A stretch of DNA of 64,000 bases from Nitrososphaerota archaeon (GCA_040290255.1 PSMU01000001.1:30958-94957), one strand, 5' to 3'; positions 25,255 to 35,718 are shown, counted from the first letter of the stretch. Numbers and translations: made by a program. The notes: generated by a model not told the origin, from the letters alone.

Positions 25255-26133
25255 TCAGCGCGTTAGGCCTCCTACTATGAAAGCGACGAGCCCCAAGCCC
25301 ATATAGATTAGGAGGGTGTTCTTCGCCCTAATCGCCTCGTTCCCCGTGATGCCCCTGAACAGCTTAAGCGATAACCTAGAGTGCAGGAGGCACGAGGGCA
25401 GCACAGTTACCAGATACAACCAGCCCACTAGGCCTAAGAGGAAAGGCAACACAGAGAAGACGGCGGCCATGAGGAGGGCTAAGGCCGCCACAAGCGAGGC
25501 CGTGGGAGGGCCGTACTTAACGGCGATGGTGCGGATCCCGCTGGCCTTATCGCCCTCTATATCGGGGATGCCCTTTAGCACTTCCCTCCCGAGCGCCGAG
25601 GCGAAGGCCGTGGCCGTCGCCAACGCTAGGAAGCCGTCCAAGCCCCCTCCTTTGATAAGGGCCCCATAAGGAAAGGGGGCCGCCACCGAAGCCGCCACGG
25701 CGATGTTGCCGACGATGCCCCACCTCTTCAGCAACACGCTATAGGCGTAGCCCAACGCGGCGTAGGCCGACGCATACGCGAGGGTCGCGGGGCCCGTCAC
25801 AGCAGAAAAAAACAGGCCTAAGCCGAGGAATATGAGGGCCGCTCCCAGCGCACTGCGCCTGCTAAGGCTGCCAAGGACCAACGGTCGCTCTCTTCTGTTA
25901 AGCATGTCGACCGCGAGGTCATGTATATCGTTGACCGCCATTGAGAAGGATGAAATGAAGAAGCCGGTAAGGAAGCCGGCCGTATAATGTAGCGCTGGGC
26001 CTAAGGCTCCACGTGAGGCCATCAGGTAACCTATAAGCACGCCCGCCCCTATCATAAAGGAGTTAATGGGGCGCGCAAGCCGCAGCGCCGCCGTGAGCTT
26101 ATGGCCTAACGAGATCCAGCCTTGCGACCTCAT
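25255..26133 (-). CDS. UbiA-family prenyltransferase, likely digeranylgeranylglyceryl phosphate (DGGGP) synthase
   Basis: Multi-TM protein with LARPINSFM and Asp-rich motif NDIHDLAVDMLNRRERPLV. Confidence 0.75.
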   Translation of the reverse strand: MRSQGWISLGHKLTAALRLARPINSFMIGAGVLIGYLMASRGALGPALHYTAGFLTGFFISSFSMAVNDIHDLAVDMLNRRERPLVLGSLSRRSALGAALIFLGLGLFFSAVTGPATLAYASAYAALGYAYSVLLKRWGIVGNIAVAASVAAPFPYGALIKGGGLDGFLALATATAFASALGREVLKGIPDIEGDKASGIRTIAVKYGPPTASLVAALALLMAAVFSVLPFLLGLVGWLYLVTVLPSCLLHSRLSLKLFRGITGNEAIRAKNTLLIYMGLGLVAFIVGGLTR

Positions 26134-26647
26134 AGTAAATCACTTCGCCGCGCCTCTCCAGCACGGCCACGATGGGCTGTTTGCCTATTCGCATGATGCC
26201 GCCCACCAGGCGCTCAAGATCGGCCAGCTTAATCGTGAAGCCCTCGTTGAGGCAGAAGACCACATACTTAGCGGCCTTGCTGCCATAGGTTCCGGCCTCG
26301 TACACCCTGAAGTCGAGCCCAAAGCCGAAGCCTTCCCTTACCACATAGCCCTTTGACCTAAGATCCCTGTACACCATGAACGCCACCCAGGCCGATGGAT
26401 TCCTCCTCACGGCCCTCTCGGCCAGCTCCTCGAAGCTTACCTGCCTTCCCTTTTCACTGAGCGAAAGCTTCCCTATGTAGAGCAGATAGAGGGCCTCGTA
26501 ATAATAGAGCCTAATAGAGCCCTCCTCCTCTTCCCTGCCATATCCCCTCTCTTTGAGAAACTCGATCGCTTCCTTAGGTTCCCTTACCTTAGCGGTGAGT
26601 TCCCCCTCCAGCTCCGCCCTTATTGTCGGCAGGCTCTCCAGCGTCAA
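26099..26647 (-). CDS. endA: tRNA-splicing endonuclease family protein (EndA-like; catalytic His apparently replaced)
   Basis: TTG start. Aligns from memory to M. jannaschii EndA: LYYYEALYLLYIGKLSL, VSFEELAERA, VYRDLRSKGYVVREGFGFGLDFRVYEAG...KYVV, RIGKQPIVAVL...VIYYEV. Tyr and Lys are kept, but the residue 10 positions after the Tyr is Ala, not His. Confidence 0.8.
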   Translation of the reverse strand: MTLESLPTIRAELEGELTAKVREPKEAIEFLKERGYGREEEEGSIRLYYYEALYLLYIGKLSLSEKGRQVSFEELAERAVRRNPSAWVAFMVYRDLRSKGYVVREGFGFGLDFRVYEAGTYGSKAAKYVVFCLNEGFTIKLADLERLVGGIMRIGKQPIVAVLERRGEVIYYEVARLDLVRP

Positions 26648-26696
26648 CCCCTGTGCGACCCAAAAGGTTTAACTTAATAGATATGAGCTTTCGCTC

Positions 26697-26782
26697 GGGC
26701 CCGTGGCCCAGCATGGATAGGGCACCGGCCTGCGGTTCTGGCGGATAGCCGGGGGTCGCGGGTTCAAATCCCGCCGGGCCCG
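26697..26782 (+). tRNA. tRNA-Arg (GCG) with an 11-nt intron at canonical position 37/38 (26736..26746)
   Basis: Hand fold. Acceptor GGGCCCG/CGGGCCC plus discriminator G. D arm GCCC..GGGC. Anticodon stem CCGGC/GCCGG. Loop CTGCGG|ttctggcggat|A. T arm GCGGG-TTCAAAT-CCCGC. A TATA-like box lies about 22 bp upstream. Confidence 0.8.
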
Positions 26783-26846
26783 CCTTTTACTGCATAGAAT
26801 GACGCAGCCCAAAGCCCATGACTCCTTAGATAAGGAGGTTACGGCC

Positions 26847-28121
26847 TTAGCCCAGAAGCGCCACGAGCTTATCCTCCAGCGCCCTCAGCTCCACGCTCTC
26901 CTGCCTGCCGGTCGTCAGCTCCCTGACGGTAACGTACTTCTGCGCCAACTCCCTTTCACCCAAGATGACCGCATACTCATACTTAGAGGCGGCCTCCTCG
27001 AGCTGCCTCCCGAGCCCTCTCCCGAGCAGGTCCGTTTCACAGGGTATTCCCTTTGCCCTGAGCCGCTCGGTCAGGCCCATGGCCTGGCCGCGCAGCCCGA
27101 GCTGGGCGTATGCTATGAAGAAGCCCCTTCGCAGGAACGGTGCTGAACCTCCCAGCGCTAGAACGGTTCTCTCCACCCCTCCGGCCACGCCCACGGCGGC
27201 CAGATCCTCCCTACCAAAGGCCCTGAGCAAGGCATCATAGCGCCCTCCCCCAGCCAAGGACCCCAGGCCCTGTTTGCCCTCGAGCAGAGCTTCAAACACT
27301 ATCCCCGAATAATAATCTAGGCCGCGTGCTATGCTAAGATCAAGGACGAGGGCGTCGGTTAACCCTATCGTACTGCAGAGATCGGCCAGCTGCTTCAGCT
27401 CATCCGCCCGTAGGCCCTCCTCCTCGAGCCTCGGGACCTCCTTCCGCAGCGGGCCCCTCTTCCTGCCCAACTCCAAGGTCGCCTCTAAGGCCTCGGCGGA
27501 TAAGCCCTTCTTCTTATATTCGGCTAAAAGCTCCTCCTTAGGTTTCTTCGCGCTCTTATCCAAGGCCCTTATGAGCTCCAGTACCTCCTTCTCGCTTTGT
27601 ACGCCCAGCTTCTCCCTGATGTAGCTCTCCACCAGCCTCCTGTCGCTTACGTGCAACTTGACGTTCAGTCCTAGGCTCTTGAGGAAGTAATTGGTGAAGG
27701 AAAGCACCTCCGCTTCGGCTGTAACATCCTTCACCCCGAAGATCTCTATATCCCATTGATAGAACCATCTATACCTTCCCATCTGGGGCTCATCATACCT
27801 CCACATGTCCGCGAAACTCGCGAGCTTCACCGGAAGCTTCAGCGCCTTATTGCTGGCCACGAATCGCGAGAGGCCCACCGTGAGGTCGAAGCGCAGCGCC
27901 ACCTCCCTGCCGGCCTTATCCTTAAAGGCGTAAATTTCGCGCGCTATATCGGGGCCACTCTTGGCCTCCAGCGTGGAGAGGAATTCTATCGAAGCTGGCT
28001 CCATTGGAGTGAAGCCGTAGAGGTGCACGGCCCTGAAGAAGGCCTCCCTTATCCTCTCGATCACCGCGAACTCCTCAGGCTCTATATCCCTTATCCCCCT
28101 GGGGGTTGAGAGCTCGGGCAT
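26847..28121 (-). CDS. hisS: Histidyl-tRNA synthetase
   Basis: PRGIRDIEPEEF, FTPMEPASIEF, EVALRFDLTVGLSRF, MWRYDEPQMGRYRWFYQWDIEIFG and GGGRYD are class IIa HisRS motifs. Confidence 0.93.
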   Translation of the reverse strand: MPELSTPRGIRDIEPEEFAVIERIREAFFRAVHLYGFTPMEPASIEFLSTLEAKSGPDIAREIYAFKDKAGREVALRFDLTVGLSRFVASNKALKLPVKLASFADMWRYDEPQMGRYRWFYQWDIEIFGVKDVTAEAEVLSFTNYFLKSLGLNVKLHVSDRRLVESYIREKLGVQSEKEVLELIRALDKSAKKPKEELLAEYKKKGLSAEALEATLELGRKRGPLRKEVPRLEEEGLRADELKQLADLCSTIGLTDALVLDLSIARGLDYYSGIVFEALLEGKQGLGSLAGGGRYDALLRAFGREDLAAVGVAGGVERTVLALGGSAPFLRRGFFIAYAQLGLRGQAMGLTERLRAKGIPCETDLLGRGLGRQLEEAASKYEYAVILGERELAQKYVTVRELTTGRQESVELRALEDKLVALLG

Positions 28122-28123
28122 GG

Positions 28124-29092
28124 CTACCGCACCCCTGCCGATCCCAACCTGGCCAGCTCTGCCAGTGCGGCCGAGAGCTGTATCTCTGGATTCCCGCCTT
28201 GTCCCAGCCTGTAGTCGTATTCCGCGAAGAGCCTGGCCACCTCGCCCTTGTCGGCGAGCTGAGGCATCGTGAGCGCCTCATGATAGGCCGCCTTCAGGAG
28301 CTCCCTCTCCGATATGCCGTCAACCCTAAGCAGCTGGACGAGCTTGGCCAGGGCCTCCTGCAGCTTGCCCGCCACAGCCAGCTGGAGCAGCTCCCTAACC
28401 CTCGCGCGAGGGGAGAGCCCGCCCACCCTATCGACCGTCTCCTCGTCCACCGCGCCCAGGGAGGCCGCGGCTTGAAGCAGGTTTATCGCATGCCTTAGGT
28501 CGCCTTCCGCCAACAGGTAAATTCGCTCAAGCGCTGCGGGCGTGAACTTAACGCCCTCCTTCTCACAGATATGCTTGAGCCAGGCGACTACGTCCTCCTC
28601 GCTCAGGGACCTGAACCTGAAGATGACAGTCCTGCTCTGGATCGGCTCTATTATGCCCGAGCTGTAATTACACGTGAGGATGAACCTCGTGTTATATGAA
28701 TAGCTCTCCATGATGCGCCTAAGTGCGGTCTGGGCTTCGGCCGTCATCTCGTCGGCCTCATCGAGTATTATGAGCTTGAAGGGTACGCCTTCCCCTCTAG
28801 AGTACCGAGCGAAGGACTTTATCCTCTGGCGGACGGTATCAATCCCTCTCTCATCGCTTGCATTTAGCTCCAGCGTGAACTCACGCCACCTCTCGCCAAA
28901 GAGCTCTCTGGCTATGATGAGGGCTATCGTCGTCTTCCCTGTGCCCGGAGGACCCGCGAAGAGTAGGTGTGGAAGCTCTTCCTTCCTCTGCAGGAGCCGC
29001 TGCACGCCCTCCACGACCTCGCGTTGGTTCACTACGTCCTCGAGCCTAACCGGCCTATACCTTTCGCTCCAGAGCGTTCTCGCTGCCGCCAT
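28124..29092 (-). CDS. rfcS: Replication factor C small subunit
   Basis: LWSERYRPVRLEDVVNQ, GPPGTGKTT, LNASDERGID, IILDEADEMT, QSRTVIFRF. Confidence 0.95.
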   Translation of the reverse strand: MAAARTLWSERYRPVRLEDVVNQREVVEGVQRLLQRKEELPHLLFAGPPGTGKTTIALIIARELFGERWREFTLELNASDERGIDTVRQRIKSFARYSRGEGVPFKLIILDEADEMTAEAQTALRRIMESYSYNTRFILTCNYSSGIIEPIQSRTVIFRFRSLSEEDVVAWLKHICEKEGVKFTPAALERIYLLAEGDLRHAINLLQAAASLGAVDEETVDRVGGLSPRARVRELLQLAVAGKLQEALAKLVQLLRVDGISERELLKAAYHEALTMPQLADKGEVARLFAEYDYRLGQGGNPEIQLSAALAELARLGSAGVR

Positions 29093-29193
29093 AGCTTCTT
29101 CCTCTCCCCTAGCAGCCCGTTGCTTATATACGCTAGCGGCTTACCCTTCCCGCCGGCAAAGGTTTAATTTGCCCGGCATGCATGTTACACAGC

Positions 29194-29736
29194 ATGGAAG
29201 ATAAGAACTCGGAGCAGGAAATGACCGTCAGCGATGCTTTATCCCAGCTCAATCCTGTCAAGGTAAGGTCCCTGCGGCAGATTCCCGCCCTCCCAGACCT
29301 AGGCATAAACAACCTCATAAAGGAAGGGGAAACGGTCTCGCTCCCCCGCTGGCAGGCTCACCTCCTGGCCCGAGAGGGGTATGTATTGCTCGTGGACGAC
29401 GACATAGAAATAGAGCTGGCCAAGGCCTGCATAAGGGAAAAGGGCTCCAGCGTTCAGCTCTTTCCTCTGCCCTATAGGGACTTCTATGCGAGGGTCAAGG
29501 ACCGCCTAAGGACGTTAGGCAATGGGGACCTCAACGATAAAAGGAGGCACGACCACGTCTACGCGCTGATGCAGGAACTCATAACGCTTAGACTTCATAA
29601 AATATTAAGCCAGTTGGCCGCCTCCGAGGGAGGTGCTCTTCCGAAGGAGGTCCTCTCCGAAGAGGAGGTGGAGCTGGTTAGGGCGCTTAGGCCTAGGCTG
29701 CTCGCCTGGAAGAGGGGGCTATTGGAGGTGAAATGA
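29194..29736 (+). CDS. gins23: GINS subunit (Gins23-like)
   Basis: ORF 29182..29736. ATG 29194 lies about 28 bp from the TATA-like box ggtttaatttgcc. GETVSLPRWQAHLLAREGYV is the GINS motif. The gene sits immediately upstream of, and overlaps, mcm, as in Sulfolobus. Confidence 0.7.
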   Translation: MEDKNSEQEMTVSDALSQLNPVKVRSLRQIPALPDLGINNLIKEGETVSLPRWQAHLLAREGYVLLVDDDIEIELAKACIREKGSSVQLFPLPYRDFYARVKDRLRTLGNGDLNDKRRHDHVYALMQELITLRLHKILSQLAASEGGALPKEVLSEEEVELVRALRPRLLAWKRGLLEVK

Positions 29737-31775
29737 TGCTCACGGAGGGCAAGCTGGTCGATATAGCTTGGGACTTCCTGAGCAGCTATAAGGACCAGCA
29801 GGGGAGGGCCAAGTATAGGGAGGATGCCTCGAGGACGATCTCACAGGGTAGAACTTCCTTAGCGATCGACTTCATAGACCTCCTCACTTACGATAAAGAG
29901 CTGGCGGGCGAGCTCCTCGCGGAACCAGATACGGTCCTGACGGCCTTCGATAAGGCCGTGTATCAACTCTTTACAACCCTAAATCCATCCCTAAGCTCGC
30001 AAAGCCCGCTTCTGTTTAAGGCTCGCGTGAAAGGGATCACCGAGAAGGTCCCCCTAAGGGATATCTCAAGCGCGCACATAGACAGGCTGATCGCCGTCGG
30101 GGGGCTGGTCGTAAGGGCCTCGGAGGTCAGGCCTTACCTAATGCAAGGCATGTGGAGATGTAGCACGGGCCACTTGACTAGGGGAGACTTCGTGGGCCCA
30201 CATATAAAAAAGCCGCCTCGTTGCGCTGAGTGCGGCCTGGCCGACCTGGCGCTAGACAAGAGGCACAGCGTCTTTTCGAACTATCAGCTCATTAGGGTCC
30301 AAGAGTTGCCGGAGGAGCTGCCTCCTGGACAGCTGCCCCAGTACATAGATGTACAGCTCTTTGGGGATCTGGCCAATTCCGCCAGGCCCGGGGATAGGGT
30401 CATCGTTACCGGCATCGTCAGATCTGAGCCCGAAGGCTTCGGGCCTAGGCAGCAGAGGATCTTCGTTTCTAGGCTTGAAGGAAATTATGTTGAGGCCTTA
30501 GGGAGGGAGGTCGAAAGGCTGGAAATAACGCGTGAGGACGAAGAGCGCATAAAGGCCTTTGCCCAGCAGAGCGATGCCTTCGCTAAGCTGGTTGAATCGA
30601 TCGCCCCCGCCATAAAAGGTCATATGGATATCAAGGAGGCCATACTGCTGGCGCTCGCCGGTGCACCTCAGGTTTCCCTTCCTGACGGCACCACGCTGCG
30701 TGGCTACGTCAACGTGCTCTTAGTGGGCGACCCCGGCACCGCCAAGACGGAGCTGCTCAAGTATGCCGCAAGGCTGGCGCCCAGGGGCCTCTACACGACT
30801 GGGCGTGGCTCCACGGCCGCGGGCCTTACGGCCGCAGTAGTGAAGGAGAAGGGGGGCATGCTGATGCTAGAGGCGGGCGCGGTCGTTCTGGCCGACCAAG
30901 GGGTGGCCTGCATAGATGAGTTCGAGAAGATGAGGCCGGAGGACAGGCAGGTCCTCCACGAGGTGATGGAGCAGAATACCGTGAGCGTGGCCAAGGGCGG
31001 CATCGTGGCCACGCTAAACGCCAGGACCTCCATTCTAGCGGCCGCCAACCCAGTCCTAGGCAAGTATGACCCGATGGCTAACATATACGACAACCTCAAC
31101 CTGCCTATCCCCCTGCTCACGCGCTTCGATCTCATCTTCGTAATCATGGACGTGCCCCAGAGGGATAGGGACGAAGCGGTGGCCAGGCACATACTGCAAA
31201 TTTACAGGGACTTTACATACCCCGCGCCTCCTCCCGTGGACTTCGAATTCCTCAGGAAGTATATCATCTACTCCAAGAGGATGCGGCCCGTCCTTACCAA
31301 GGAGGCGGAGGAGAAGATCCTGAACTTCTACCTCAATATTAGGGCAAATGCCCCCGAGGGCATGATCACCATCACCCATAGGCAGCTCGAGACGCTCGTC
31401 AGGCTGGCCATGGCCAGGGCCAGGCTGCTGCTCAGGGATAGGGTGCTGGGCGAAGATGCGGACCAGGCCATAAGGCTCTTCATGAGCATGCTAGAATCCG
31501 CGGCCAAGGATGTTAAAACGGGAAGGGTGGACGTCGGCGTGCTTTATGGCAAGCCCTATAGCTTCAGGACGCTCTTCCAGAAGGCGCAGCAGCTCTTCAA
31601 GGAGATGGAACAGGGTGGCAAAGTCGCCGTGGATATAGAGGACTTTAGGAGGAAGCTGATTCAGGAAACGGGGGCGAGCGAGGAGGATGCCGAGAAGGTC
31701 ATCACGCAGTTGAAGCAGAGCGGGATGATCTACGAGGTAAGCAGAGGGAAGTTCAAGTACGCCGCAGGAGTATAG
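29733..31775 (+). CDS. mcm: MCM replicative helicase
   Basis: Zn motif C..H...CAEC, Walker A LLVGDPGTAKTE, Walker B CIDEFEKM, arginine finger region SILAAANP...RFDLIF. 680 aa; no intein. Confidence 0.96.
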   Translation: MMLTEGKLVDIAWDFLSSYKDQQGRAKYREDASRTISQGRTSLAIDFIDLLTYDKELAGELLAEPDTVLTAFDKAVYQLFTTLNPSLSSQSPLLFKARVKGITEKVPLRDISSAHIDRLIAVGGLVVRASEVRPYLMQGMWRCSTGHLTRGDFVGPHIKKPPRCAECGLADLALDKRHSVFSNYQLIRVQELPEELPPGQLPQYIDVQLFGDLANSARPGDRVIVTGIVRSEPEGFGPRQQRIFVSRLEGNYVEALGREVERLEITREDEERIKAFAQQSDAFAKLVESIAPAIKGHMDIKEAILLALAGAPQVSLPDGTTLRGYVNVLLVGDPGTAKTELLKYAARLAPRGLYTTGRGSTAAGLTAAVVKEKGGMLMLEAGAVVLADQGVACIDEFEKMRPEDRQVLHEVMEQNTVSVAKGGIVATLNARTSILAAANPVLGKYDPMANIYDNLNLPIPLLTRFDLIFVIMDVPQRDRDEAVARHILQIYRDFTYPAPPPVDFEFLRKYIIYSKRMRPVLTKEAEEKILNFYLNIRANAPEGMITITHRQLETLVRLAMARARLLLRDRVLGEDADQAIRLFMSMLESAAKDVKTGRVDVGVLYGKPYSFRTLFQKAQQLFKEMEQGGKVAVDIEDFRRKLIQETGASEEDAEKVITQLKQSGMIYEVSRGKFKYAAGV

Positions 31776-31786
31776 AGATAAGGCTA

Positions 31787-33961
31787 ATGGAACTTGGGGA
31801 GCTCGACCTTCATGCGGACATAGCCCGAATCCTTACACAGAAGGGTATCTCGGCCCTCTATCCCGTTCAGGAGCTCGCGGTTAAGCATGGCCTTCTTGAG
31901 GGGGAGGATCTGCTCGTAGCCTCGCCTACGGCCTCGGGAAAGACCTTGCTGGCCGTGCTGGCCATGTCAAAGAAGGTCGTTGAGCGGAGCGGGAAGATGG
32001 TCTACCTATCGCCCCTAAGGTCATTGGCCCATGAGAAGCTCATGGAGTTCGGCGCCTTTGAGGGGGTACAGAAAGCCGCGGGCGCGCCCTTAAGGATTGC
32101 GATAAGCACCGGCGATTATGATGAGCCCGCCGAGAAGCTCGCGTATTATGATGTGCTCATTCTGACCTATGAGAAGTTTGATTCTATCTGGAGAAGGACG
32201 CCGAGCTGGTTAAACGATGTCTCCCTCTATGTCGTGGACGAGCTGCATATGCTGGCCGATAACAAGAGGGGGCCCGTTCTAGAGGCGCTGTTATCACGAA
32301 TACGCGCCGATAGGCCGGAGAACTCGCAGCTGCTCGCCTTCAGCGCCACCATAGCTAATGCCCAGCAGCTCGCCCAGTGGCTGGACCTGAAGCCCATAAC
32401 TCTTGAATGGAGGCCGGTCCCGCTGAGGGAGGGGGTCTACATAGCCGAAAGAAGGGAGATCAGATTCAAGGATGGAGAAACGAAGCCCATAAGGTATAGC
32501 GGGAGGGGGGATATCGCCGACCTCGCCCTCGATACCATCTCCGAAGGGGGCCAGGCCCTTATCTTCACCGAAACTAGGAGGAGGGCGGTTTCGCTGGCTA
32601 GGCGGCTACAAGATATAGGAGAGCGGGTGCTTGACGCAGAGGCCAAGCAGAGGCTTGCCTCGCTCTCTAGGGAGCTCCTCAGCGCTGAGGAATCGACGGA
32701 CCTGACCAGGACGCTCGCCCAAGTGGTAGGCAAGGGGGTAGCGTTTCACCATGCTGGCCTCTCATCATGGGCCAGAAGGGCGATCGAGGAGGCGTTCAGG
32801 GCGGGCCTCGTGCCAGTTCTATGCAGCACCACCACATTAGCGGCGGGAGTTAACCTGCCCGCCAGGCGTGTGATAATAGCCTCCACCTACCGCTACGACG
32901 AAGTGGAAGGAAGCGTGCCAATAAGCGTCATGGACTACAGACAGATGGGGGGACGGGCGGGCAGGCCGCAGTACGATGATGTAGGGGAAATCGTGCTTTT
33001 GGCCTCGTCGGAGGCCGAAGGCCAAGAGCTCTGGGCCAGGTACATAGAAGGGGACTTAGAGCCCATCAGCTCGAGGCTTAACTCCCAACGGCACTTCAGG
33101 ATCTTGGCCCTAGCCACCATCGCGGCGAGGCCGGGCTTAACCTTCAAGGGGTTGGCGAAGTATTTCTTCAATACTCTCATCGCCAACGAGAAGGGGCAGG
33201 ACTATGTGGTGGAGGCGTTGAGTGACGCGAAGGACTTCCTCTTGGATCAAGGGTTCGTTAGAGAGGTGAGGGAGAGGTACTTAGCCACCGACTTTGGCTA
33301 TAGGGTCTCGACGCTCTACATAGACCCGCTGACGGCGCTCGGCTTTCGCGACTTCATACGTTTATGCGCGGAGAGCGAGCCAACCGAACTGGAAACGCTC
33401 TACACGGTCGTAGCCGCCGAGGACTTCGAGCCCCGTCTCCCTCCTAGGTCCAGGGATATCGAGCTAGCCGAGGACTTCCTCGAGGTACACGGGCACGAAT
33501 TTCGGGTAGTGAGGCCACCGGAGCTTGACTACTTTGCCTTCGAACAGTTCCTGAAGCCCTTCCGCAGCCTCTTGGCCCTTTACTACTGGGTCCAGGAGAA
33601 GGGCGAGGATGACATTCTGAGGGACCTTGGCGTTGAGCCCGGTGACCTACATAGGACGGTGGAGACGGCCATCTGGCTCACATATAGCTTAGGCGAGCTG
33701 GCAAAGCTCATGGGCAACTTAGGAGTCTATACATGCTGTTCTAAGCTCACGGAACGAATGAGGTATGGCATCAGGGAGGAGCTGCTCGAACTCGTAAGCT
33801 TGGAGGGGGTGGGAAGAGTGAGGGCTAGGATACTGTATAATGCCGGGTTCAGGACCAAGAGAGACCTGCGGAGAGCTAGGCTGGAGCAGCTAAGCAAATT
33901 ACCTACCATCGGCGAGGTGATGGCCAAGAAGATAAAGGCCCAGGTACAGGAGGAGCGCTAG
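31787..33961 (+). CDS. hel308: Hel308/Hjm-type Ski2-like DNA helicase
   Basis: Q-motif LYPVQ, motif I ASPTASGKT, motif II VVDELH, FSAT, FHHAGL, QMGGRAGRP, and a C-terminal HhH domain (LEGVGRVRARILYNAG). Confidence 0.9.
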   Translation: MELGELDLHADIARILTQKGISALYPVQELAVKHGLLEGEDLLVASPTASGKTLLAVLAMSKKVVERSGKMVYLSPLRSLAHEKLMEFGAFEGVQKAAGAPLRIAISTGDYDEPAEKLAYYDVLILTYEKFDSIWRRTPSWLNDVSLYVVDELHMLADNKRGPVLEALLSRIRADRPENSQLLAFSATIANAQQLAQWLDLKPITLEWRPVPLREGVYIAERREIRFKDGETKPIRYSGRGDIADLALDTISEGGQALIFTETRRRAVSLARRLQDIGERVLDAEAKQRLASLSRELLSAEESTDLTRTLAQVVGKGVAFHHAGLSSWARRAIEEAFRAGLVPVLCSTTTLAAGVNLPARRVIIASTYRYDEVEGSVPISVMDYRQMGGRAGRPQYDDVGEIVLLASSEAEGQELWARYIEGDLEPISSRLNSQRHFRILALATIAARPGLTFKGLAKYFFNTLIANEKGQDYVVEALSDAKDFLLDQGFVREVRERYLATDFGYRVSTLYIDPLTALGFRDFIRLCAESEPTELETLYTVVAAEDFEPRLPPRSRDIELAEDFLEVHGHEFRVVRPPELDYFAFEQFLKPFRSLLALYYWVQEKGEDDILRDLGVEPGDLHRTVETAIWLTYSLGELAKLMGNLGVYTCCSKLTERMRYGIREELLELVSLEGVGRVRARILYNAGFRTKRDLRRARLEQLSKLPTIGEVMAKKIKAQVQEER

Positions 33962-33962
33962 G

Positions 33963-35342
33963 ATGACCATCCTGCCCATCGATGCGAAGCGCTATGGAAG
34001 CGAGCAGATGAGGGCCTTATTTGACGAAGAGGAAAGGATGAGGCGCCTACTCTTGGTGGAGGTCGAGGTGGCCAAGGCGCAGGCAAAGTTAGGCCTGATA
34101 CCAACAGAGGCGGCCAAAGAGATAGAGAAGGCGGCCGCTTCCTCGGGATTGACTTTACGCCTCTGGAGGGAGAAGGAGAAGGAGGTAGGGCATGAGGTGG
34201 GCGCTCTGGTGGAACTGCTACATGAATTATGTTCACCCGCGGCGAAGCCCTACGTGCATTATGGATTGACCAGCAACGATGTGCTTGATACGGCGACCTC
34301 CCTGCAGGTCAAGGATGCTCTGGCCCTTATAGAACAGAGAATATCCAAGGTGATTCAGGCGCTCTGCGAGCTGGCCGTTAGGTACAAGGACCTCCCCGCA
34401 GCGGGTCGCACGCACGGCCAGTATGCCTCCATCATTCCCTTTGGGCTCAGGTTTGCGGTCTGGGCAGACGAGTTTCGCAGCCATCTGGAGCGGGCGCGAC
34501 AACTAAAGGTGAGGGTCCTGCTCTGTAAAACTCTGGGACCCGTGGGCACGGGCTCACTGATGGGCATAAGGGCCCTAAGGGTGCAGCGGGAGGTGGCAAG
34601 GAACCTGGGCCTTCGCCCAGTGCAGGCCGCCACGCAGGTCATCGCCCGTGAAAGGATGGCCGAGCTCATGCTCTTCCTGGCACTGCTTAGCTCCACCGCC
34701 GAAAGAGTTGCAGTAACGCTCAGGTTGCTCCAGAGGGCCGAGGTGGGGGAGGTAGAGGAGCCCTTCGGCGAGAAGCAGATGGGCAGTAGCGCCATCCCCT
34801 CCAAGAGGAACCCAGTTAGGCTCGAAAGGGTAACCTCTCATGCGAGGCTTGTGAGGAGCTTGGCCCTGACGGCCCTCGAAAACGTCGCACTGTGGGAGGA
34901 GCGCGATCTGTCGAACTCGGCCAACGAAAGGATCGTGATTCCTATGTGCTTCATAATAACGGAGGATGCCCTTATAGCCCTCGAAGAAGTGCTCAACGGC
35001 CTACGCGTCTTCGAGCAGAGGATACTCGAGAATGTAACAAAGGGCGAGTGGAGCCTATTCGCCGAAGGGCTGCTGGGCTTGCTCCTTAAAAGGGGCATGC
35101 CACGTTCTGAGGCGTATAGACTAATCCAAAGATTGAGCTGGAGGGCCAGGGAAGCCGGCGGTTATCTAGCGTTGTATGAGCAGGATGAGGAAGCCAGGAA
35201 GTACTTCACTAGGCAGGAGATAAGGCGCCTACTGAACCCCCGCGCGCAGATCGCTCCGGGCAGGAGAATATTAGAGCTCATCGTAAGGCGTGTCAGGGCT
35301 ACGTCTATACGCGACGCCCACGGCGGCCGCCCTTTTTCCTGA
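33963..35342 (+). CDS. purB: Adenylosuccinate lyase
   Basis: Fumarate-lyase signature [24 protein letters not shown]-terminus [13 protein letters not shown]. Confidence 0.9.
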   Translation: MTILPIDAKRYGSEQMRALFDEEERMRRLLLVEVEVAKAQAKLGLIPTEAAKEIEKAAASSGLTLRLWREKEKEVGHEVGALVELLHELCSPAAKPYVHYGLTSNDVLDTATSLQVKDALALIEQRISKVIQALCELAVRYKDLPAAGRTHGQYASIIPFGLRFAVWADEFRSHLERARQLKVRVLLCKTLGPVGTGSLMGIRALRVQREVARNLGLRPVQAATQVIARERMAELMLFLALLSSTAERVAVTLRLLQRAEVGEVEEPFGEKQMGSSAIPSKRNPVRLERVTSHARLVRSLALTALENVALWEERDLSNSANERIVIPMCFIITEDALIALEEVLNGLRVFEQRILENVTKGEWSLFAEGLLGLLLKRGMPRSEAYRLIQRLSWRAREAGGYLALYEQDEEARKYFTRQEIRRLLNPRAQIAPGRRILELIVRRVRATSIRDAHGGRPFS

Positions 35343-35718
35343 CCGAATCGTGAGGTATAGGGGTGACATCCTCGATCCTGCCTATCTTAAAGCCCATGCG
35401 CGCCAAGGCTCTTATGGCGGCCTGCGCGCCCGGGCCCGGTATTCGAGGCTTAACGCCCCCCGGCGCCCTCACCTTTATGTGGAGGCCGACGATGCCCCTG
35501 GCCATCGCGAGCTCGCCGGCGGCAGTGGCTGCCTTCATTGCCGCGTAAGGCGAGGCTTCATTCCTGCCTCCCTTCACATGCCTTCCGCCAGAGCTTATCG
35601 CTATCGTCTCGGCGCCCGAGAGATCGGTGATGTGAACGATCGTATTGCTGTATGAGCTGTAAATGTGCGCTACGCCCCACTTTTCTAACTTCGCCTCCTT
35701 TGTGGCCTCTTGGCTCAA
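35305..35718 (-). CDS. rps11: Ribosomal protein uS11 (isolated gene)
   Basis: TTG start. [32 protein letters not shown]...[23 protein letters not shown]. There is no uS13, uS4 or rpoD next to it. Confidence 0.92.
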   Translation of the reverse strand: MSQEATKEAKLEKWGVAHIYSSYSNTIVHITDLSGAETIAISSGGRHVKGGRNEASPYAAMKAATAAGELAMARGIVGLHIKVRAPGGVKPRIPGPGAQAAIRALARMGFKIGRIEDVTPIPHDSVRKKGGRRGRRV

